A DNA stretch of 52,223 nucleotides, from NCBI GenBank assembly GCA_012838265.1, contig DUPP01000110.1:1-52223 (forward strand), given 5' to 3'. Shown here in pieces: positions 49,442 to 52,223 of the stretch (position 1 is its first letter; each line of letters starts with the position of its first letter). Position numbers and translations under genes: made by a program. The notes under the pieces were generated by a model. It was given only the letters and a program-made list of their open reading frames with translations. It was not told the DNA's origin and did no database searches. This DNA is from Clostridiales bacterium (GTDB lineage Bacteria > Bacillota > Clostridia > Peptostreptococcales > Anaerovoracaceae).

Positions 49442-50995
49442 TTATTCTTCACTACGAAGCCACGTTCTGATCATTTGAGCGGCGATTTCAGGGTTTGATT
49501 TTGCAAATTCCTTAATTTCTTCTCTTCTAACGTCCTTGACTGGAGTAATAGGTTTGACTTCATTAATCTTTTCGCCAAATAAGGAATCCAACATTTCTTT
49601 TTCCCCGTCCTGTCCTGTTTCTGCAGAATCAGATATTTCTAATTCTTCTTTTCTTCTTTTTCTCATAAGTATGAATGCAGTAATCCCCGCCAACAAAAGA
49701 ACACCCGCTGCAATTCCGCCAAACAAAATCATTTTATTCAGCCCTTGCTCAGTATCAATGACCGGTAAAGGTGATTCTTCCTTGTAGAACTGAAAATTCT
49801 GAACCGTTATATTCTCGGGATCAACACCCGCTGCATAGGCTACAAGCTGAGTAACGCTTTCTCTCTCTCCCGGTTCAAACGCCCTTTTGTCTATAGCAAT
49901 TCCGATCGAGATACTCTCAATTCTTGCTCCGGACTTCTGGGTTTGTGATTTAATCTGACTTACCTGATATTTGATGTTTTCACTGCTGCTTGAGGATGAG
50001 CTTTCTCCAGTAGTTCCTCCAGTTGGATAAGTCGGAATCTGTGAATTCGAAGAAGTTCCTGCTATTCCTCCATCACCTTGGGCAGAGGTGAAGGATTCAT
50101 CGCTTCTTGACTCTTCACTGATCACTCCAGTGTTATTCCCCTCCTGGGAAGGTATATATGTAGTTTGTTCTGTTACAAGCGCATCAGTATCAATGGTGGC
50201 CGTTACAGATATAGTGAATTCTTCTTGTTTATATGGTCCAAGCAGCACATCAGTAATTTTTTTCCGGATATCATTTTCTATTTCTCTTGTAAGATTAATC
50301 TTTGCAAAATCAGGATGATTACTGTTGATTTCACCTATCAGGTCATTCCCAAAGCTGTCAGTTAATGCAATATTATCCTTAGTAAGTCCAGTTACTGCTT
50401 TTGCAACTAAATTCTGGATCCCAAAAACCTGGCTTTCAGTTAGAGAACAGCCTGTTTTCATATGTATAATCACAGAAGCAGTCGGCTTTTCTGTCTCTTG
50501 AAGGTAAAACATCCTTGACTCTGGGATAGTAATTGTTACTACCGCATCCCTGACACCCTCAAGGGTTCTGATGCTGGCAGCGATTCTCTCCTGCAGCTGC
50601 ATGTTCATATACTGCTTGCGTTCATAATCTGTCGTCAGCATTCCACTGTTTTCTTCAATTAAATAATAGCTTAGACCGCTTTTAGGATAACCTGCAGTCG
50701 CAAGCGCCATTCTAACTCTTGATTCATCTTTTTCGGGAACCATTATTGAACCGTTGGGACCTGTTTTTACTTTAACATCCATGTTTTGAAGCTCTGCAAG
50801 TATCTCAGTAGACTCAGCCGCAGAGATGTTTTCATAAATGACAACATACTCATTTGAGTTCAGTAAAATACTCAAAACTAAAGCTACAACAACAGTAAAT
50901 ATTACAAGACCAACTACTACTCTTTTTACTGCGGCAGACGCGTTGCTCCAAAATTGTATCAATGGTGTCAGAACCTTTTTGATCTGCTCATTCAT
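49442..50995 (-). CDS. fliF: Flagellar MS-ring protein FliF
   Basis: Two TM segments, LEGVRDAVVTITIPE, PTASV, C-terminal NPEIAAQMIRTWL. Confidence 0.95.
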   Translation of the reverse strand: MNEQIKKVLTPLIQFWSNASAAVKRVVVGLVIFTVVVALVLSILLNSNEYVVIYENISAAESTEILAELQNMDVKVKTGPNGSIMVPEKDESRVRMALATAGYPKSGLSYYLIEENSGMLTTDYERKQYMNMQLQERIAASIRTLEGVRDAVVTITIPESRMFYLQETEKPTASVIIHMKTGCSLTESQVFGIQNLVAKAVTGLTKDNIALTDSFGNDLIGEINSNHPDFAKINLTREIENDIRKKITDVLLGPYKQEEFTISVTATIDTDALVTEQTTYIPSQEGNNTGVISEESRSDESFTSAQGDGGIAGTSSNSQIPTYPTGGTTGESSSSSSSENIKYQVSQIKSQTQKSGARIESISIGIAIDKRAFEPGERESVTQLVAYAAGVDPENITVQNFQFYKEESPLPVIDTEQGLNKMILFGGIAAGVLLLAGITAFILMRKRRKEELEISDSAETGQDGEKEMLDSLFGEKINEVKPITPVKDVRREEIKEFAKSNPEIAAQMIRTWLRSEE

Positions 50996-51062
50996 ATTAT
51001 TTCATCCATTCAACTTACTCTGGTATAGGATAAAAAAAATCCTCAATTACTTAACTTAACCA

Positions 51063-51377
51063 TTAAAGGTTTGTCCTCATAATTTCGGAATATGCATCAA
51101 GAAACTTATTTCTAAGTTGAACCATTGTCTGCAAAGCCACTTCAGCCTTAGCTGCATTAATAATCATGGTATGCATTTCATCCATATTTCCAATAGATAG
51201 CTTATATGCATCCATCTTTGTGGCGGCTTCTGTTTTCTCTACATTTTCGATTATATCGTGGAAAATTTCTTTAAAGCCGAGTCTGGCTCCTGACATAGCG
51301 TCTGATATTTCAGATTTGGAACTTAAACAATTAATACTGCTCGTATTAATGTTAGAATTAATAGGAATAATAAACAC
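51063..51377 (-). CDS. fliE: Flagellar hook-basal body protein FliE
   Basis: HTMIINAAKAEVALQTMVQLRNKFLDAYSEIMR. Confidence 0.93.
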   Translation of the reverse strand: MFIIPINSNINTSSINCLSSKSEISDAMSGARLGFKEIFHDIIENVEKTEAATKMDAYKLSIGNMDEMHTMIINAAKAEVALQTMVQLRNKFLDAYSEIMRTNL

Positions 51378-51506
51378 AATACTACCTCACTTATTACAAT
51401 CACACACACATAAATCTTTCATACACATCTACAGTTATCTATAGGTAGGTATTTATTTACCTAATAAAAATTGTTTTATATACTATCTTGCGAAAACTAT
51501 TGCTCT

Positions 51507-51947
51507 TTATCTGCCGATTTCCAATGCTTTTAGAATCATTGCCTTAGTCGCATTAAATGTTGTAACATTTGCTTCATATGCCCTGCTTGCACTCATCATA
51601 TCAATCATCTCCTGCGCCGTATTTACATTCGGAAGCATGACATTTCCCTCTTCGTCCGCATCAGGATGATTTGGATCATATACTGGAATCAGTGCTGACC
51701 TATCTTCTACAATGCTTCTCACCTGTACACCTCCTGCCTTAACCGCAGCGGTTTGGTCCAGTATATTTCTAAAGCTTCCACTGCCATTGTTGATGCTGCT
51801 CAGGACAACCATTTTTCGACGATATGGTGTACCGTTTTCTGTTCTAGTCACTCCCGCATTTGCTATATTTTGAGAAATGACATCCATTCTCAGCTTTTGT
51901 GCTGTTAGACCAGAACCTGAGATATTCAGTGAGCTTAAAAAGTTCAT
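51507..51947 (-). CDS. flgC: Flagellar rod protein FlgC
   Basis: SGLTAQKLRMDVISQNIAN, PYRRK, YDPNHPDAD..GNVMLPNVN, RAYEAN. Confidence 0.96.
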   Translation of the reverse strand: MNFLSSLNISGSGLTAQKLRMDVISQNIANAGVTRTENGTPYRRKMVVLSSINNGSGSFRNILDQTAAVKAGGVQVRSIVEDRSALIPVYDPNHPDADEEGNVMLPNVNTAQEMIDMMSASRAYEANVTTFNATKAMILKALEIGR

Positions 51948-51976
51948 CTACCACACCTTCCTTTTAACATTCTGTC

Positions 51977-52223
51977 TTATTTCCTTCCTTCGCTTATTGC
52001 ATATCGTAATCTGGAATACATATCCGTCATACTTCTAGTCAAGTACTGATATTGGATCTGCACCTTAGCCATCTCGATGTTCTCCAAATCAAGATTAACA
52101 TTGTTTCCATCTGCCCGCTCTGAAGTAAATCTGTCAATAAAAACATTGATTTCTGAATTTCTGATTGCTTCCAGATCCTTTGAATGTCTTCCGAAAGTGT
52201 GTTTATTCAGCTTCTGAATCTCA
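51977..52223 (-). CDS. flgB: Flagellar rod protein FlgB, 5'-truncated by window edge
   Basis: Manual translation ...DRFTSERADGNNVNLDLENIEMAKVQIQYQYLTRSMTDMYSRLRYAISEGRK*; upstream of flgC. Confidence 0.9.
   Translation of the reverse strand, partial: EIQKLNKHTFGRHSKDLEAIRNSEINVFIDRFTSERADGNNVNLDLENIEMAKVQIQYQYLTRSMTDMYSRLRYAISEGRK

Noticed and set aside
51378-51506. CA dinucleotide run and imperfect inverted repeat (TAGGTA...TACCTA) between flgC and fliE
   Set aside because: Short and low-complexity; no supportable function
27610-52223. Flagellar cluster as a mobile island or injectisome
   Set aside because: No integrase, transposase or att pair seen; rod, hook, FliM/FliY and sigma28 genes are clearly flagellar

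Overview
A 52.2 kb low-GC chromosomal segment of a spore-forming, anaerobic clostridial Firmicute; nearly all genes are on the - strand. In window order: the 5' part of an Ech-type energy-converting hydrogenase operon (echC partial, echB, echA); an APC amino-acid permease; the bofA/yaaL/recR/ybaB/dnaX/SRP-RNA block; AIR-synthase-like and EFR1 ferredoxin genes; copZ-ligA-pcrA; rubrerythrin; a ThrRS-N/uridine kinase fusion; DUF378; a Phe T-box controlling phenylacetate-CoA ligase plus an ACT protein; ydbC; the glycine cleavage operon (gcvT-H-PA-PB-lpdA); and a ~24.6 kb flagellar/chemotaxis cluster (cheB to flgB, partial). No mobile element, CRISPR array, tRNA or rRNA was seen. Most interesting: (i) an unlisted 42-aa membrane peptide gene with a sigmaK-like promoter lying antisense between the T-box terminator and paaK; (ii) a motif shared by the ech and gcv upstream regions; (iii) a CheB with a deletion scar in place of its receiver domain, in a cluster lacking motAB/fliL, flhFG and cheA/cheR at their usual places; (iv) a structured leader before flgE; (v) an inverted yaaL; (vi) a duplicated gene tail that differs only at synonymous sites. 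All calls come from motif recognition by eye; no searches were run.
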